Of a stretch of 64,000 nt of DNA, positions 20,779 through 31,308 are shown piece after piece. The notes beneath the pieces were generated by a model, which did no database searches, was not told where the DNA came from, and saw only the letters and a program-made list of their open reading frames with translations. The position numbers and the translations under genes were made by a program. The stretch's first letter is position 1, and every line of letters begins with the position of its first letter. The DNA is from Nitrosopumilus sp. (GTDB taxonomy: Archaea > Thermoproteota > Nitrososphaeria > Nitrososphaerales > Nitrosopumilaceae), in NCBI GenBank assembly GCA_965238275.1, contig OZ250186.1:512001-576000 (forward strand). Direction: 5' to 3'.

Positions 20779-21687
20779 ATGGACAATCTGGACATACAAA
20801 TTCTGAGCAGGCTGATGAACAACTGCAGGATGTCTGCAAGGCAGATAGCCATGGAAACAGAAAAGACAAGTGCCACGATCAATTCCAGGATTCAGAGGAT
20901 GCAGAGAGACGGCACCATCAGGGAGTTTTCAATCAGGGTAGAGCCGTCCATGTTCGGGTACGGTGTCTTGTACTTTGCAGTATCAGGCGAGGATGCAAAC
21001 AGGATTCTTGAGCAGATATGCCTGGTGGGGGAGCCGTACGTTGTGGTGCCGTGCATAGGGGGGATCACACTATGCAGTATAGTGGTAAGGGAAAACATAC
21101 AGGAGAAGATAGAGATGATAAACGGGCTGATGAAACACGTCCGGATGCTCTTTATCTTTGAGGCAGAGAGTCCGGGGTACGGTCCAAGTCTTACAAAGAC
21201 TGATCTGAGGGTTCTTGGAGAACTGGTCAGGAATCCAAGGCAGAGGATTGAGACGGTTGCATCCAAGACGTGCTATTCGACCAAGACCGTGGCACGGTGC
21301 ATCACGCGACTGCAGGATAATGACGGGGTGCAGTTTACGCTGGCGTGTGATCCCAGAAGGTTTGATGGTTTCATCTACTATGTCATAATGGTGCAGATAG
21401 ACGGGGATCTGGACAGGACGCTTGGGGATATCAACAGGCAATTCTCCGGGTCGTATCTGCATATTCCGTTTGTTGCAAGGAACCAGATTGTACTTTTCAT
21501 GTCCAGCGACAGCATATTCAGGATGGACGAGCTGACGCATGAGGTGCGGATGGTCAAAAATGTGAGAGCAGCCGATCTCTTCATCCCAAAGAAGATACTG
21601 CTGTACAACAAATGGCTAGAGGGTGCAATGGACAGGGCCGAGAGTCTGCCGGGACTTCATGTGGATGCCAGGCGACTCGGGGACTGA
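20779..21687 (+). CDS. Lrp/AsnC family regulator with tandem HTH domains
   Basis: MDNLDIQILSRLMNNCR and second LTKTDLRVLGELVRNPR HTH. Confidence 0.85.
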   Translation: MDNLDIQILSRLMNNCRMSARQIAMETEKTSATINSRIQRMQRDGTIREFSIRVEPSMFGYGVLYFAVSGEDANRILEQICLVGEPYVVVPCIGGITLCSIVVRENIQEKIEMINGLMKHVRMLFIFEAESPGYGPSLTKTDLRVLGELVRNPRQRIETVASKTCYSTKTVARCITRLQDNDGVQFTLACDPRRFDGFIYYVIMVQIDGDLDRTLGDINRQFSGSYLHIPFVARNQIVLFMSSDSIFRMDELTHEVRMVKNVRAADLFIPKKILLYNKWLEGAMDRAESLPGLHVDARRLGD

Positions 21688-21785
21688 CGGGGTCGGATCG
21701 CCGGCAACCAGGCTGCTGCACCGTCCTTCCATCCGTCCGTCCGGCCGGGACACTGCATGATCCGTCCAATGCAGACCGAATCTGA

Positions 21786-23561
21786 TTAGCGAAGGCTTCT
21801 GGCATTGGGGAGTTTGCTGCTTTTTAATAATGTCAGATGTGTGGTTCTTCCACGGGGATGTTTTTTGACAAGTCCTGATTTGGCCAGTGCGTCAATTCTG
21901 TTTCTTATCAAGGATTCTGTTACCTCTCCGCCGGTAAGTAATTCCACTATTCTCCGTACCGACATGCTGCCGTTGCCAAGTACGATGCAGATCAGTCGAT
22001 CCAGTACATGTCTTCGCAGTCTGACCATAAAGGGTGCAACAATGCCGGTATGGTGTGCAAGATATGTGATCTGCTCATAGATGGGTGTGGTAAAGTCACG
22101 CGTATGGTTTATCTGCTCCTGTTTTTGAATTTCATCCCACACCAAACCCCAGTCAAAAGAACCGTGTTGCAGCTCCTCAGGCCCGGCAGGATTCCCACGA
22201 ACCAGCGACGCCATGTCCTGAATGTCGCCCTCCCGACAGGCAGCCGCCTTTAACAAAAAGACATGTTCGTTTCTTAAGATCCCAATCTTTAATCTTCCAT
22301 AGTTTTTCACATCTGCCATTTCTTGCATCATTGGAGATAGGGAAAGATCTCGCATTATTGTTCCTGCGAACAGATCTATCCTGCTTTTTGTTCCATGGAT
22401 GAATATTTCGCTAGGAGATGTTCTGGCATCCTCGCGTGTACGCTCGGTTTTGGCGGTCCGTAAATATCCCAATTTGGATGTCAGGGTGTCTGCAACAATG
22501 CCAAAAATTTCCTTGTCTGCCACTGCCAGATCACAGTCCTTTGTGCTGGATTTTAATTTTTTAATTCTCATGTTCTCTCCGCCAAACAGATACACGGTAA
22601 TGGGAGTTTCAAGGATCCTGCCCAAATCATCAAATAGTGAATCATCTGATTCCGGCAGAGTGTAGATTGCAGGAGACACGTCATACATTTCGGCCTTGGG
22701 GACAAATTCATTCCACGGCAGGAACCGGTCCGGGTTTTTTAGCAGCCCGTGTCTCACATATGCCTCCACATCCAGCCAGATCTCTGAAATTCCAAACTCT
22801 GATGATCTTTTCCGCAGCTGTAATACATCCATCTTATCCTTGTGTTTTAGATAAAATACGACTCCAATCAGCAACCCCATCTTGTCATTTGAGCGTGCAG
22901 CTACATAGATTGCATGGACCAGCACATCATGTATGTCCAGACCGTCCTTCTGTTGGCAAAAATAATCGTGTGTAGTATGATACTCCACCCCATAATCTGA
23001 AAATAACGAAAAGGCAGTCGTCTCGCCGGAAGCGATTCTGCCTGCAGGCACCTTTCTCAGCACGCGCAGACGATCACTAAAGATGATTTCAGTGCCGTTA
23101 TTTTCGTATTTTTGTGTCAGTTCTGTTCTCAACAGGTTTACAAACAAAACCAGTTGCTTTTTGGATGTATTCAGTTGAATTACGCCATTGTCTTTTATTA
23201 TCGCGCCTATGGATTGAAGATCAGACACGGAGCGATATACAGTATTTTTGGATAATCCCGATTTTCTGATCAGGTGACCAAGAGTGACAGGTTCTGTGGC
23301 ATTTAAAAGAATGATCTCATTTGAATTACAGAGCAGCTTTTCAACATCCATGATTTGGGCAACGTCCCGAAAAAGGACGGTTTTTGGCGTCTCCTTTAGT
23401 CTGACAAGACCAGTCTCTTTCTCGGCATATCCCCGATCACATAGTTCCTTCAGTATGTATGCCAGCCTTCTTTCCTTTATTCCAAGCACGGCCATCAATG
23501 TCCAGGGCTCTCTAGGGCCGTTTACAAGGGATGACAATAACCGAATTGAAGTTATGTTCAT
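21786..23561 (-). CDS. wHTH-nucleotidyltransferase fusion protein (DUF6036/AbiE-like)
   Basis: Two N-terminal wHTH; Pol-beta-like motif YLFGGENM...STKDCDL; LLKAA..REGDIQD; C-terminal wHTH. Confidence 0.7.
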   Translation of the reverse strand: MNITSIRLLSSLVNGPREPWTLMAVLGIKERRLAYILKELCDRGYAEKETGLVRLKETPKTVLFRDVAQIMDVEKLLCNSNEIILLNATEPVTLGHLIRKSGLSKNTVYRSVSDLQSIGAIIKDNGVIQLNTSKKQLVLFVNLLRTELTQKYENNGTEIIFSDRLRVLRKVPAGRIASGETTAFSLFSDYGVEYHTTHDYFCQQKDGLDIHDVLVHAIYVAARSNDKMGLLIGVVFYLKHKDKMDVLQLRKRSSEFGISEIWLDVEAYVRHGLLKNPDRFLPWNEFVPKAEMYDVSPAIYTLPESDDSLFDDLGRILETPITVYLFGGENMRIKKLKSSTKDCDLAVADKEIFGIVADTLTSKLGYLRTAKTERTREDARTSPSEIFIHGTKSRIDLFAGTIMRDLSLSPMMQEMADVKNYGRLKIGILRNEHVFLLKAAACREGDIQDMASLVRGNPAGPEELQHGSFDWGLVWDEIQKQEQINHTRDFTTPIYEQITYLAHHTGIVAPFMVRLRRHVLDRLICIVLGNGSMSVRRIVELLTGGEVTESLIRNRIDALAKSGLVKKHPRGRTTHLTLLKSSKLPNARSLR

Positions 23562-23887
23562 TTAGTATTGATAGAGTGCAGTAGTATATCTACTTTTGCA
23601 GTAATATAGTACTAAATATTAAATCATTCAAAGATACGCAAGAGAACCTGTGTTTAATGTTCGTCTCTTGAGATGTTCCCGCTGCGGAGGGGATAATTTC
23701 AAGACGGTGCGTCCCGTATCCAAGACGGTGGTAGATTTTGCAGGCAGTACCATGAGTATGATGCTGCACCGTCAGACAACACAAACCCCATACGGGAAAC
23801 ACCTGCAACATAATGAGGAATTTAGGTTTGAGGATTTACCAACAGGCTAACCGGTGTATAGAATTTAATAGGTAGTGATTCTAGAGA

Positions 23888-24529
23888 GTGCTGTTGAAGG
23901 GTAAATGCGAGATGTGCGGCAAGATTGTGGCGCGGGACCAGATTGGACGGCACATAGTCGAATGCATACAGGGCACCAGAAACGAGGTATTAATCATAAG
24001 GGCCAAGGGAGCAGACAATCCCAGTTATTGGCTCTTTGCCAAGGTACGCAAGAATGCCACACTCTCTGACATGGATGCATTCCTGAGGAACATATGGGTG
24101 GAATGCTGCGGCCACATGAGCGGGTTTTACATCAAAGAACGACAGTACGTAAAGCCGTTTGACAAGGACTTTGTACAGGGTGATGAAAAGCCCATGGATG
24201 CCAAAATCATCGACCTGCTCCAAGAAAAGGACGTTTTCATTTACGAGTATGATTTTGGAACCACCACGACTCTCGAGATGGATTTGTACAAAGTCGTGCA
24301 TGACGACTCTGCCATGAGGAGCCCAGTCAAGCTGCTTGCAAGAAACGAGCCCGTCAGGCACAGGTGTATGGTGTGCAAAAAGAACGCCGCTTGGTTGTGT
24401 AGCGAATGCATGTACGAAGGTAACGCAGCCCTCTGCAAGCCGTGTGCGGGGAAACACAAATGCGGTCTTGACATGATGTTGCAGATTACAAACTCGCCAA
24501 GGGTAGGAATGTGCGGGTATGGTGGCTAG
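23888..24529 (+). CDS. pRiA4b ORF-3-like protein with Zn-binding motifs
   Basis: TLSDMDAFLRNIWVECCGHMSGF and YEYDFGTTT signature; Cys-rich ends; NSPRVGMCGY. Confidence 0.8.
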   Translation: MLLKGKCEMCGKIVARDQIGRHIVECIQGTRNEVLIIRAKGADNPSYWLFAKVRKNATLSDMDAFLRNIWVECCGHMSGFYIKERQYVKPFDKDFVQGDEKPMDAKIIDLLQEKDVFIYEYDFGTTTTLEMDLYKVVHDDSAMRSPVKLLARNEPVRHRCMVCKKNAAWLCSECMYEGNAALCKPCAGKHKCGLDMMLQITNSPRVGMCGYGG

Positions 24530-24757
24530 CAGTCCCTCGGTGCCAGCTCCCGTGCAAGGATGATGCCCAAGACATTCAGGCCAGCCGTCACATGCAGAAC
24601 TTGCAACTTGCCATTAATCATTCATGAGCATGGCACGGGCATTGCAGATTCGGTGTAACGTGGTGTGTACAGAATACACGTCTGGCATGCGGTCCCTAAC
24701 TGACTTTGCAAGACCGCCTGCCACAGATTAAATAATAACACGCCAGAGTCACCACCG

Positions 24758-25538
24758 TTGTTGGAGAAGACCAAAGTATATGACGGAAGGATTCTGGGCC
24801 TGAGCCTCTACAAGGGAGAGATCGAGGGAAGGCAGGTCACGCGCGAGGTAATCGAGCATCGCGGGGCGGCAGCCATTTTGGCATTTGACGGGGACGACAT
24901 AATCATGGTCAGGCAGCACAGGTTCCCCCACGGGTATGTCCTGGAGATTCCTACTTTGTCGTCCCGCAGGAACGCTCGAGGAGGGAGAGGAGCCGCATGA
25001 GACCAGACAGGTACTGCTGAACCAAATCGTATTGTCGTTGATCGCGTTTCTTTGTAGTCATTAGGCGATGCCGTGATCTGCCGATCCATATCTTTTGTCA
25101 TCCGGGGGTATATGTCTCTAGGACACACCCGCCTGCCACAGATTAAATAATAACACGCCAGAGTCACCACCGTTGTTGGAGAAGACCAAAGTATATGACG
25201 GAAGGATTCTGGGCCTGAGCCTCTACAAGGGAGAGATCGAGGAGGGAGAGGAGCCGGTAAAATGCGCATTCAGGGAGCTCAAAGAGGAGACAGGATACGC
25301 CGCAGAGACCATGACCCCGCTAATCACATACTATCCCTCAATCGGCTACAACATGGAGGCAATACACTGCTTTGTGGCATCCGGCCTCAGAAAGACATCC
25401 GGGCAAGACCTCGATGAGGACGAGATACTCTCGGTGGTAAGGATGAGGCCAGGGGAGATTCTTGAGGGGATACGGTCAGGCAAGATTCAGGACTCCAAGA
25501 CCATATGCGCGGTGCTGATGCATCTTGCGCAGTCCTGA
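24758..25538 (+). pseudogene. NUDIX hydrolase (ADP-ribose pyrophosphatase-like), as two partial duplicated copies
   Basis: Copy 1 has REVIEH..AAAI..VRQHR..LEIP then a 13-nt insertion; copy 2 has the Nudix box RELKEETGY but lacks the middle; may be an assembly artefact. Confidence 0.8.
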
Positions 25539-26513
25539 CTACTTGTAAATGGGTTTTACCAGGTCGGCAAGATCCGCCCACGACTGTGTTATCCTCTCAA
25601 ACATGTATACCAGATCAAGAAACTCCAGGGGAACCTGCCCCCTGCCCAGAGTCGTCCTCAGGCGTATCAGGTCGTCTTCGAAGATCTTGTGGAGCGATAT
25701 GGCCTGGATTGCCAAAAGCCTGTCAGGTGCGGTAAACGCTTCAATTGACTTTTGGCCCAGCTGCTCAAATCCGCGCACCGCATCATAAATTCTCTCGGAG
25801 TGATCCCCGGACAGGGACGAGTTGATGACCATCCCTGAGAGAAGCACTATGGAGTCGCCTGCCCTCTCAAGCAGACTTGCAGCAACCCTGTAGTCCAGCA
25901 CGTCGACGTTTTCCAGGTTGAACGCACTTGCCAGCCTCTTGTCTACAAGCGTGCTGCGAATAAGGCGCACAAGCAGAAAGTACTGCCGGTTCACCTCAAC
26001 ATCGCGCTTTGACATGGTCTGCAGGTTGGACCTGTCATCAGAGATCAGCCCCCGTATCACCTCGTCGTACATGCCAAGCGCAATTGAGCTCATCCTTTTG
26101 AGGATCCTCCCGGGATTCAGGGTGGCAACATCAATGAGAAACTGCATGTTGATGTGCGAGGCGTCTTCTTCGATGATCTCCATTCCGACCAGCCTCCTCA
26201 TGGAGTTGCGGATCTTCTCCCTGTCCTGGACAGGAATGTTGCGCTTTGAATTAATCCTGATTACGTCAAATCCCAGAAGGTACGCACCCGTAATGTCAGC
26301 CACGATGTTCTCCTCCTCAGGTAACGGATACGATATTACAATCTCCCGGGCATGCCGCGCAGCCGGATTTGCAGATATGGAGACGCTTTCCGGGCCTGCG
26401 TCAAGTTCCACCTGGCTTCCCTTACCCAGGTTATTTGCATCAATCCACTCCTTTGGCAGCGATACCAGCATGCTGTTTCCTATCCTCTGCAGGCGCCGGA
26501 TGAATTTAACCAA
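25539..26513 (-). CDS. Phosphate uptake regulator PhoU with AbrB-type N domain
   Basis: RRLQRIGNSMLVSLPKEW; PhoU repeats (DVEVNRQYFL, LERAGD). Confidence 0.88.
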   Translation of the reverse strand: MVKFIRRLQRIGNSMLVSLPKEWIDANNLGKGSQVELDAGPESVSISANPAARHAREIVISYPLPEEENIVADITGAYLLGFDVIRINSKRNIPVQDREKIRNSMRRLVGMEIIEEDASHINMQFLIDVATLNPGRILKRMSSIALGMYDEVIRGLISDDRSNLQTMSKRDVEVNRQYFLLVRLIRSTLVDKRLASAFNLENVDVLDYRVAASLLERAGDSIVLLSGMVINSSLSGDHSERIYDAVRGFEQLGQKSIEAFTAPDRLLAIQAISLHKIFEDDLIRLRTTLGRGQVPLEFLDLVYMFERITQSWADLADLVKPIYK

Positions 26514-26578
26514 TTTATACTAGTTTTATTAATTTAATCCATATTCTTATATTTTGTGTACAATTTAAACTTAGGATA

Positions 26579-27484
26579 ATGAAAGCCACGGCATTTTGCC
26601 CTGCCCACGTTACAGGATTCTTCGGCGTATATCCGGATGGGGGACATGCCATTACGGGATCCGTTGGCGCCGGGTTCTCAATAAAGCACGGGGTTACAAC
26701 CAGGGCAAGGGTGGAGCCCAGAGGGGATGGAGAACCATACTTTAGGATAACCACGGACACGTACAAATCGGAGAACACGGATGTCTCCAAGTTCGTGCTA
26801 GATGAGTTTGCGGGGATGGGGGATTATTCGGATAAACTGTTTGATGTAAGGCACGAGATAACCGTACCAGTGGGGTATGGCCTGGGATCAAGCGGCGCAG
26901 TCGCGCTGTCCACGGCGTACGCGCTGGACAGGGCCCTTGGAACCGGGCTGGAACAGACCAAGATAGGGGAGATTGCCCACAATGCAGAGATTGCATGCAA
27001 GACCGGGCTTGGAGACGTCCTGGCGTCATTCCATGGGGGATTTGAGATCCGCCTCAGGCCGGGGGCACCGGGGACGGGCGTCGTTCAAAAGATACCGGCA
27101 GACGGCGTCAGAATAGTCATGATATGCTTTTCGCCCATCTCAACCCGAGAGTTTATCAAGGAACGGCTCCCGAGGATCAACGGGATTGGTGGAATAATGG
27201 TGGACAGGCTGCAAGCATCACAGGATTTTGGAGACTTTCAGGACATGTCCCTTGAATTTGCAAGCCGGGTCGGTGTAATGACTCCCAGAATGCAAAGCGT
27301 GGCTGACAGGCTCTCACAGAACGGCATCAAGTGCGGCGTTGCACTGTTTGGCGAGACTATCTTTTCAATGATACCAAAGGATGAGGGGGAGGAACGCATT
27401 CTTGGGATTCTGCAGGAGTATCCTGAGGGAATTGTGATAAGATCGGAGCTGGATGATGTCGGAGCAAGAGTCGTTGGCGACTGA
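26579..27484 (+). CDS. Pantoate kinase (GHMP family)
   Basis: AFCPAHVTGFF, PVGYGLGSSGA, TGLGDV; in CoA operon. Confidence 0.9.
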   Translation: MKATAFCPAHVTGFFGVYPDGGHAITGSVGAGFSIKHGVTTRARVEPRGDGEPYFRITTDTYKSENTDVSKFVLDEFAGMGDYSDKLFDVRHEITVPVGYGLGSSGAVALSTAYALDRALGTGLEQTKIGEIAHNAEIACKTGLGDVLASFHGGFEIRLRPGAPGTGVVQKIPADGVRIVMICFSPISTREFIKERLPRINGIGGIMVDRLQASQDFGDFQDMSLEFASRVGVMTPRMQSVADRLSQNGIKCGVALFGETIFSMIPKDEGEERILGILQEYPEGIVIRSELDDVGARVVGD

Positions 27485-28241
27485 CCCTGTGCCAGAGTCG
27501 CATCCAAGGGCCAAGTCCCTCCGGATCCGCAACAGGCTGATCGACGGATTCGAGCAGGGGCTTGTGGCCACAGAGGGACTGCTGGCACACGGAAGGGGCG
27601 AGGCCTTTGACTACATACTTGGAGAGGAGACGAGCTATTCGGCAAGGCGCGCCATCAGCGCAGCTGCTGCCCTCATAATCATGGCCAGAAGACCGGTAAT
27701 CTCTGTAAACGGGAACGTTGCAGCGTTGTGCCCCGGGCACGTAGTCAAGCTTGCAGGGCAGATAGGCGCCACGCTGGAAGTCAACCTGTTTTATGCCAGC
27801 GTCAGAAGAAAGGATGCGGTGGCAGCAGCCCTCAGGGAGAACGGGGGAGAAGGGGTCCTTGGGATGGATTCGGATGACTCTGGGGTACTGTCAGGGATAG
27901 ATTCTGCAAGGAAGGTATCAGACAAGAGGGGAATACTTACAGCAGACGTGGTCGTCGTTCCACTGGAGGACGGGGACAGGACTGCGGCGCTGGTCAAGGC
28001 AGGAAAGAAGGTCATCACCTTTGACCTGAACCCGCTGTCAAGGACGGCACAGACTGCAAGCGTTACCATCGTGGACAACGTGATGCGGGCAATCAGCCTG
28101 CTGACTGCAGAGTGCAGGAGGCTCCAGGCAGAGGACAAGACAGTCCTTGAGGGAATCATGTCAGGCTTTGACAACAAAGAGAACCTCAGGGAATCCATGA
28201 TGCAGATAAGGAACAACCTGGAAAGAATGGCCGATGCATAA
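27453..28241 (+). CDS. 4-phosphopantoate--beta-alanine ligase (phosphopantothenate synthetase)
   Basis: HPRAKSL, AHGRGEAFDY, PLEDGDR, DLNPLSRT. Confidence 0.93.
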   Translation: MMSEQESLATDPVPESHPRAKSLRIRNRLIDGFEQGLVATEGLLAHGRGEAFDYILGEETSYSARRAISAAAALIIMARRPVISVNGNVAALCPGHVVKLAGQIGATLEVNLFYASVRRKDAVAAALRENGGEGVLGMDSDDSGVLSGIDSARKVSDKRGILTADVVVVPLEDGDRTAALVKAGKKVITFDLNPLSRTAQTASVTIVDNVMRAISLLTAECRRLQAEDKTVLEGIMSGFDNKENLRESMMQIRNNLERMADA

Positions 28242-29082
28242 GACGGCACAGGACATAACGGACAAGAAGGGCGGCACCAAGATCTCAGTCATTACAAGCT
28301 ACGACTATGCCTTTGCGTCCCTGTGTGACAGGGCCGGAATTGACATACTGCTGGTAGGGGACAGCGGCGGAATGGTAATGCTCGGATACGACAGCACCGT
28401 CCATGTAACCATGGAGCAGATGTGCATGTTTACAGAAGGGGTCAGCAGGGCGAGAAAGGACTCGCTGCTGGTATCTGACATGCCGTTCATGTCATACCAG
28501 ACAGGCGCACGGGATGCCATCAGGAATGCCGGAAGACTGGTAAGTGCAGGAGCCGATGCCGTAAAGCTTGAGGGCGGCGCTGCCATTGCAGGAATAATCA
28601 AGAGCATTACGGATGTGGGAATTCCGGTAATGGGCCACATCGGACTGCAGCCGCAGACCAGCGTGCTCTCGCAGGGGTACAGGATGCAGGGCGAGACAAG
28701 CGAGGCGGCTGCAAGGATGGTCGAGGATGCCAAGGCAATCGAGGCGGCAGGCGCATTCTGCATAGTGGTGGAGAAGACAAGCCGCGAGGTGGCAGACATC
28801 ATAACGGGTACCGTGGGCATACCCACCATTGGAATCGGCGCCGGGAACGGATGTGACGGACAGGTGCTGGTGCTTCAGGACATGCTGGGCATGTATGACA
28901 AGATGAGGCCCAAGTTCGTAAAGAGGTACATGAATCTTGCGCAGGATGTTACTGAGGCACTAAAAGAGTACAAGGCCGATGTGGAGTCGGGAACGTTTCC
29001 CGCAGAGGCCAACTGCTACCGAATGGATCCCGCCGAGGTACGGCGGCTTCCTGACCAGCTGCGTGAGAAATGCGATGTCTAG
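28234..29082 (+). CDS. panB: 3-methyl-2-oxobutanoate hydroxymethyltransferase
   Basis: LVGDS, DMPFMSY, VKLEGG, GHIGLQPQ, IGIGAG. Confidence 0.96.
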   Translation: MHKTAQDITDKKGGTKISVITSYDYAFASLCDRAGIDILLVGDSGGMVMLGYDSTVHVTMEQMCMFTEGVSRARKDSLLVSDMPFMSYQTGARDAIRNAGRLVSAGADAVKLEGGAAIAGIIKSITDVGIPVMGHIGLQPQTSVLSQGYRMQGETSEAAARMVEDAKAIEAAGAFCIVVEKTSREVADIITGTVGIPTIGIGAGNGCDGQVLVLQDMLGMYDKMRPKFVKRYMNLAQDVTEALKEYKADVESGTFPAEANCYRMDPAEVRRLPDQLREKCDV

Positions 29083-30307
29083 GGGGGATCATCCTTCGCT
29101 GGACATAGTCTCCTCGCACGGGACAGAACTTGCAGGCAGGAGGGTGGTACTGTGTGTGGCAGGAAGCGTGGCAGCATACAAGGCAATAGAGCTTGCAAGG
29201 CTCCTGATGAGGCACGGCGCCGATGTCACGTGTGCGGCAAGCAATGCTGCTACCAGGCTGATACGGCCCGACTATCTGAAATGGGCCACGGGAAACAACG
29301 TGATAACAAAGCTGTCAGGCAACCTGGAGCATATAAAACTGGCCGACTATGGACAGTCAGATCTGATAATAGTGTATCCGGCCACGGCAAACACGCTTGG
29401 AAGGCTGGCAAACGGGATGGACGACACTCCGATATCCACCATACTGACTGTGGGGTTTGGCGCGGGAATTCCCATTCTGATGTGTCCTGCCATGCACAGT
29501 GCCATGTATGAGAATGCAGCAGTCAGGAGGAACATTGAGTTTCTAAGTGGGAGGATCCAGTTTGCAGAACCGGTCAAAGTCGAGGGAAAGGCAAAGGCCC
29601 CGGAGCCAGAAGACGTCCTGGCGCTGGTGATTGAGAGGTTTGGCGTATACTCACCCCTCAGGGACAAGAGGGTGCTGATGACTGCAGGTCCCACCATAGA
29701 GTACATTGATTCTGTAAGGGCGATAACCAACCTCAGCTCGGGAAGGACAGGAACCCTTCTGGCCTCAGAGATGGTTCGTGCAGGCGCAAGGCTCACGCTG
29801 GTGTACGGCCCGGGACGATACGAGCCGCCCGACGGTGCCAAGGTTATTCGCACCACCACCGGGGGACAGATGCACGAGGCAGTCAAAAGACTGCTCAAAA
29901 AGAGATTCGATGTCATAGTTATGGCCGCAGCAGTCTCTGACTATGTCCCGGAGGTACCATACGAGACGAAGATGGACAGCTCAGATGATGAAGTGACAGT
30001 CAGGCTCAGGAGGGCCCCGAAGATAATTGACACCATCAGGCAGAGCCAAAAGGGCGCGCTGCTGGTAGGGTTCAAGGCGGAGGCAGACGTGACAAGGAAG
30101 AAACTTGTGGAATCTGCCCGCAAAAAGATCACAGAGTCGGGTGCAGACCTCGTCATGGCAAACGACATCGGGGCAAGATACAAAAGGAATACCGATGTAA
30201 ACGAGGTCCTTGCAGTCGACTCAGGGACGGTGGCCTCATCAGGCAGGAGGAGAAAGGAGGAGGTCGCAGTGTTTATCAGAAGAGAGATCGAGCGCAGGAT
30301 AAAATGA
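29075..30307 (+). CDS. coaBC: Phosphopantothenoylcysteine decarboxylase/ligase
   Basis: GSVAAYKA, PATAN, PAMH, TAGPT.E.ID.VR, GFKAE. Confidence 0.95.
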   Translation: MSRGDHPSLDIVSSHGTELAGRRVVLCVAGSVAAYKAIELARLLMRHGADVTCAASNAATRLIRPDYLKWATGNNVITKLSGNLEHIKLADYGQSDLIIVYPATANTLGRLANGMDDTPISTILTVGFGAGIPILMCPAMHSAMYENAAVRRNIEFLSGRIQFAEPVKVEGKAKAPEPEDVLALVIERFGVYSPLRDKRVLMTAGPTIEYIDSVRAITNLSSGRTGTLLASEMVRAGARLTLVYGPGRYEPPDGAKVIRTTTGGQMHEAVKRLLKKRFDVIVMAAAVSDYVPEVPYETKMDSSDDEVTVRLRRAPKIIDTIRQSQKGALLVGFKAEADVTRKKLVESARKKITESGADLVMANDIGARYKRNTDVNEVLAVDSGTVASSGRRRKEEVAVFIRREIERRIK

Positions 30308-30462
30308 AGAGGACGGAGATCAAAAGGATGCTTTCACGGTACGAGGCCATCAAACACAGGCACGAAAAGAGGCCCGATGCCAGGCTTGCCGGGATCCTCA
30401 GGGACATAGAGCACAGGTACCATCACGAGACCGGGAAGCCCATAGGGTCCCGGGAGGGATAG
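30304..30462 (+). CDS. Small hypothetical protein (52 aa), absent from ORF track
   Basis: MKRTEIKRMLSRYEAIK...IEHRYHHETGKPIGSREG; ATGA overlap with coaBC, stop 2 nt before next ATG. Confidence 0.65.
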   Translation: MKRTEIKRMLSRYEAIKHRHEKRPDARLAGILRDIEHRYHHETGKPIGSREG

Positions 30463-30464
30463 GC

Positions 30465-31292
30465 ATGGAGCCTGCAGAATTCAAGAGGCAGAACATGACA
30501 GTCTGGAACGAGATGGCGCCAAGGTATCACTCCAAGTGGGCAGGCACAGACACCGGCCCGTTCCAGAGCACATCAGAGCTGGTGGATATGGTCGGGGTAA
30601 GGGAGGGAGACCGCGTCTTGGATGTTGCGTGCGGGACAGGGGCAGTCACCCGGAGGCTTGTAGAGAGGGTCGGAGGGGGCGGATACGTTGTGGGGGCCGA
30701 CATGTCAGTGTCTGCAATACGGATTGCGATGGCCCACAACAGGGAGCCCAACCTTCTGTTTGTCAATGCAGACGCAGAGAACCTCTCGTTTGGAAACAGG
30801 TTTGATGTCATAACGTGCCAGCATGCGCTGTTCTTCTTTCCGGATGCATCGCGCGCCCTGAAGAACATGAGGAGGAACCTTGAGGAGTCGGGAGTGCTGG
30901 GCATCTCGGTGCACGGATGCATGGTGCCATACTATACAAGCATTCTTGATGCGGTGACAGAGTTCATTCCCGACTATATCACCCCCGGGACGCCGCGGCT
31001 TGACAGGTACGGCACCGCAGAATCCCTCAGGGACGAGGTGGCGCAGGCAGGATTCTCAGGCGTGCAGGTGCGCGAGTTTGTCTTTACGTACAGTCCCGGA
31101 GATTTTGGGCAGTACTGGAGGATGTACCTAGAGTATGTCTCAAGGCCTGCCAAGGAGAAGATAGAATCGCTTGGAGAGACGCAGATTGGGAGGCTCAAAG
31201 AGGCAGTAAGGGAGAATGCCAAGCAGTATGAGAGGGGGAACGGAGTGATACAGTTTCCCTGGCAAGTTTTAATTCTAACTGCCAGATACTAG
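30465..31292 (+). CDS. Class I SAM-dependent methyltransferase (UbiE-like)
   Basis: VLDVACGTG, ADAENL, FDVITC. Confidence 0.9.
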   Translation: MEPAEFKRQNMTVWNEMAPRYHSKWAGTDTGPFQSTSELVDMVGVREGDRVLDVACGTGAVTRRLVERVGGGGYVVGADMSVSAIRIAMAHNREPNLLFVNADAENLSFGNRFDVITCQHALFFFPDASRALKNMRRNLEESGVLGISVHGCMVPYYTSILDAVTEFIPDYITPGTPRLDRYGTAESLRDEVAQAGFSGVQVREFVFTYSPGDFGQYWRMYLEYVSRPAKEKIESLGETQIGRLKEAVRENAKQYERGNGVIQFPWQVLILTARY

Positions 31293-31308
31293 TCTCAGGG
31301 GAGTAAAG

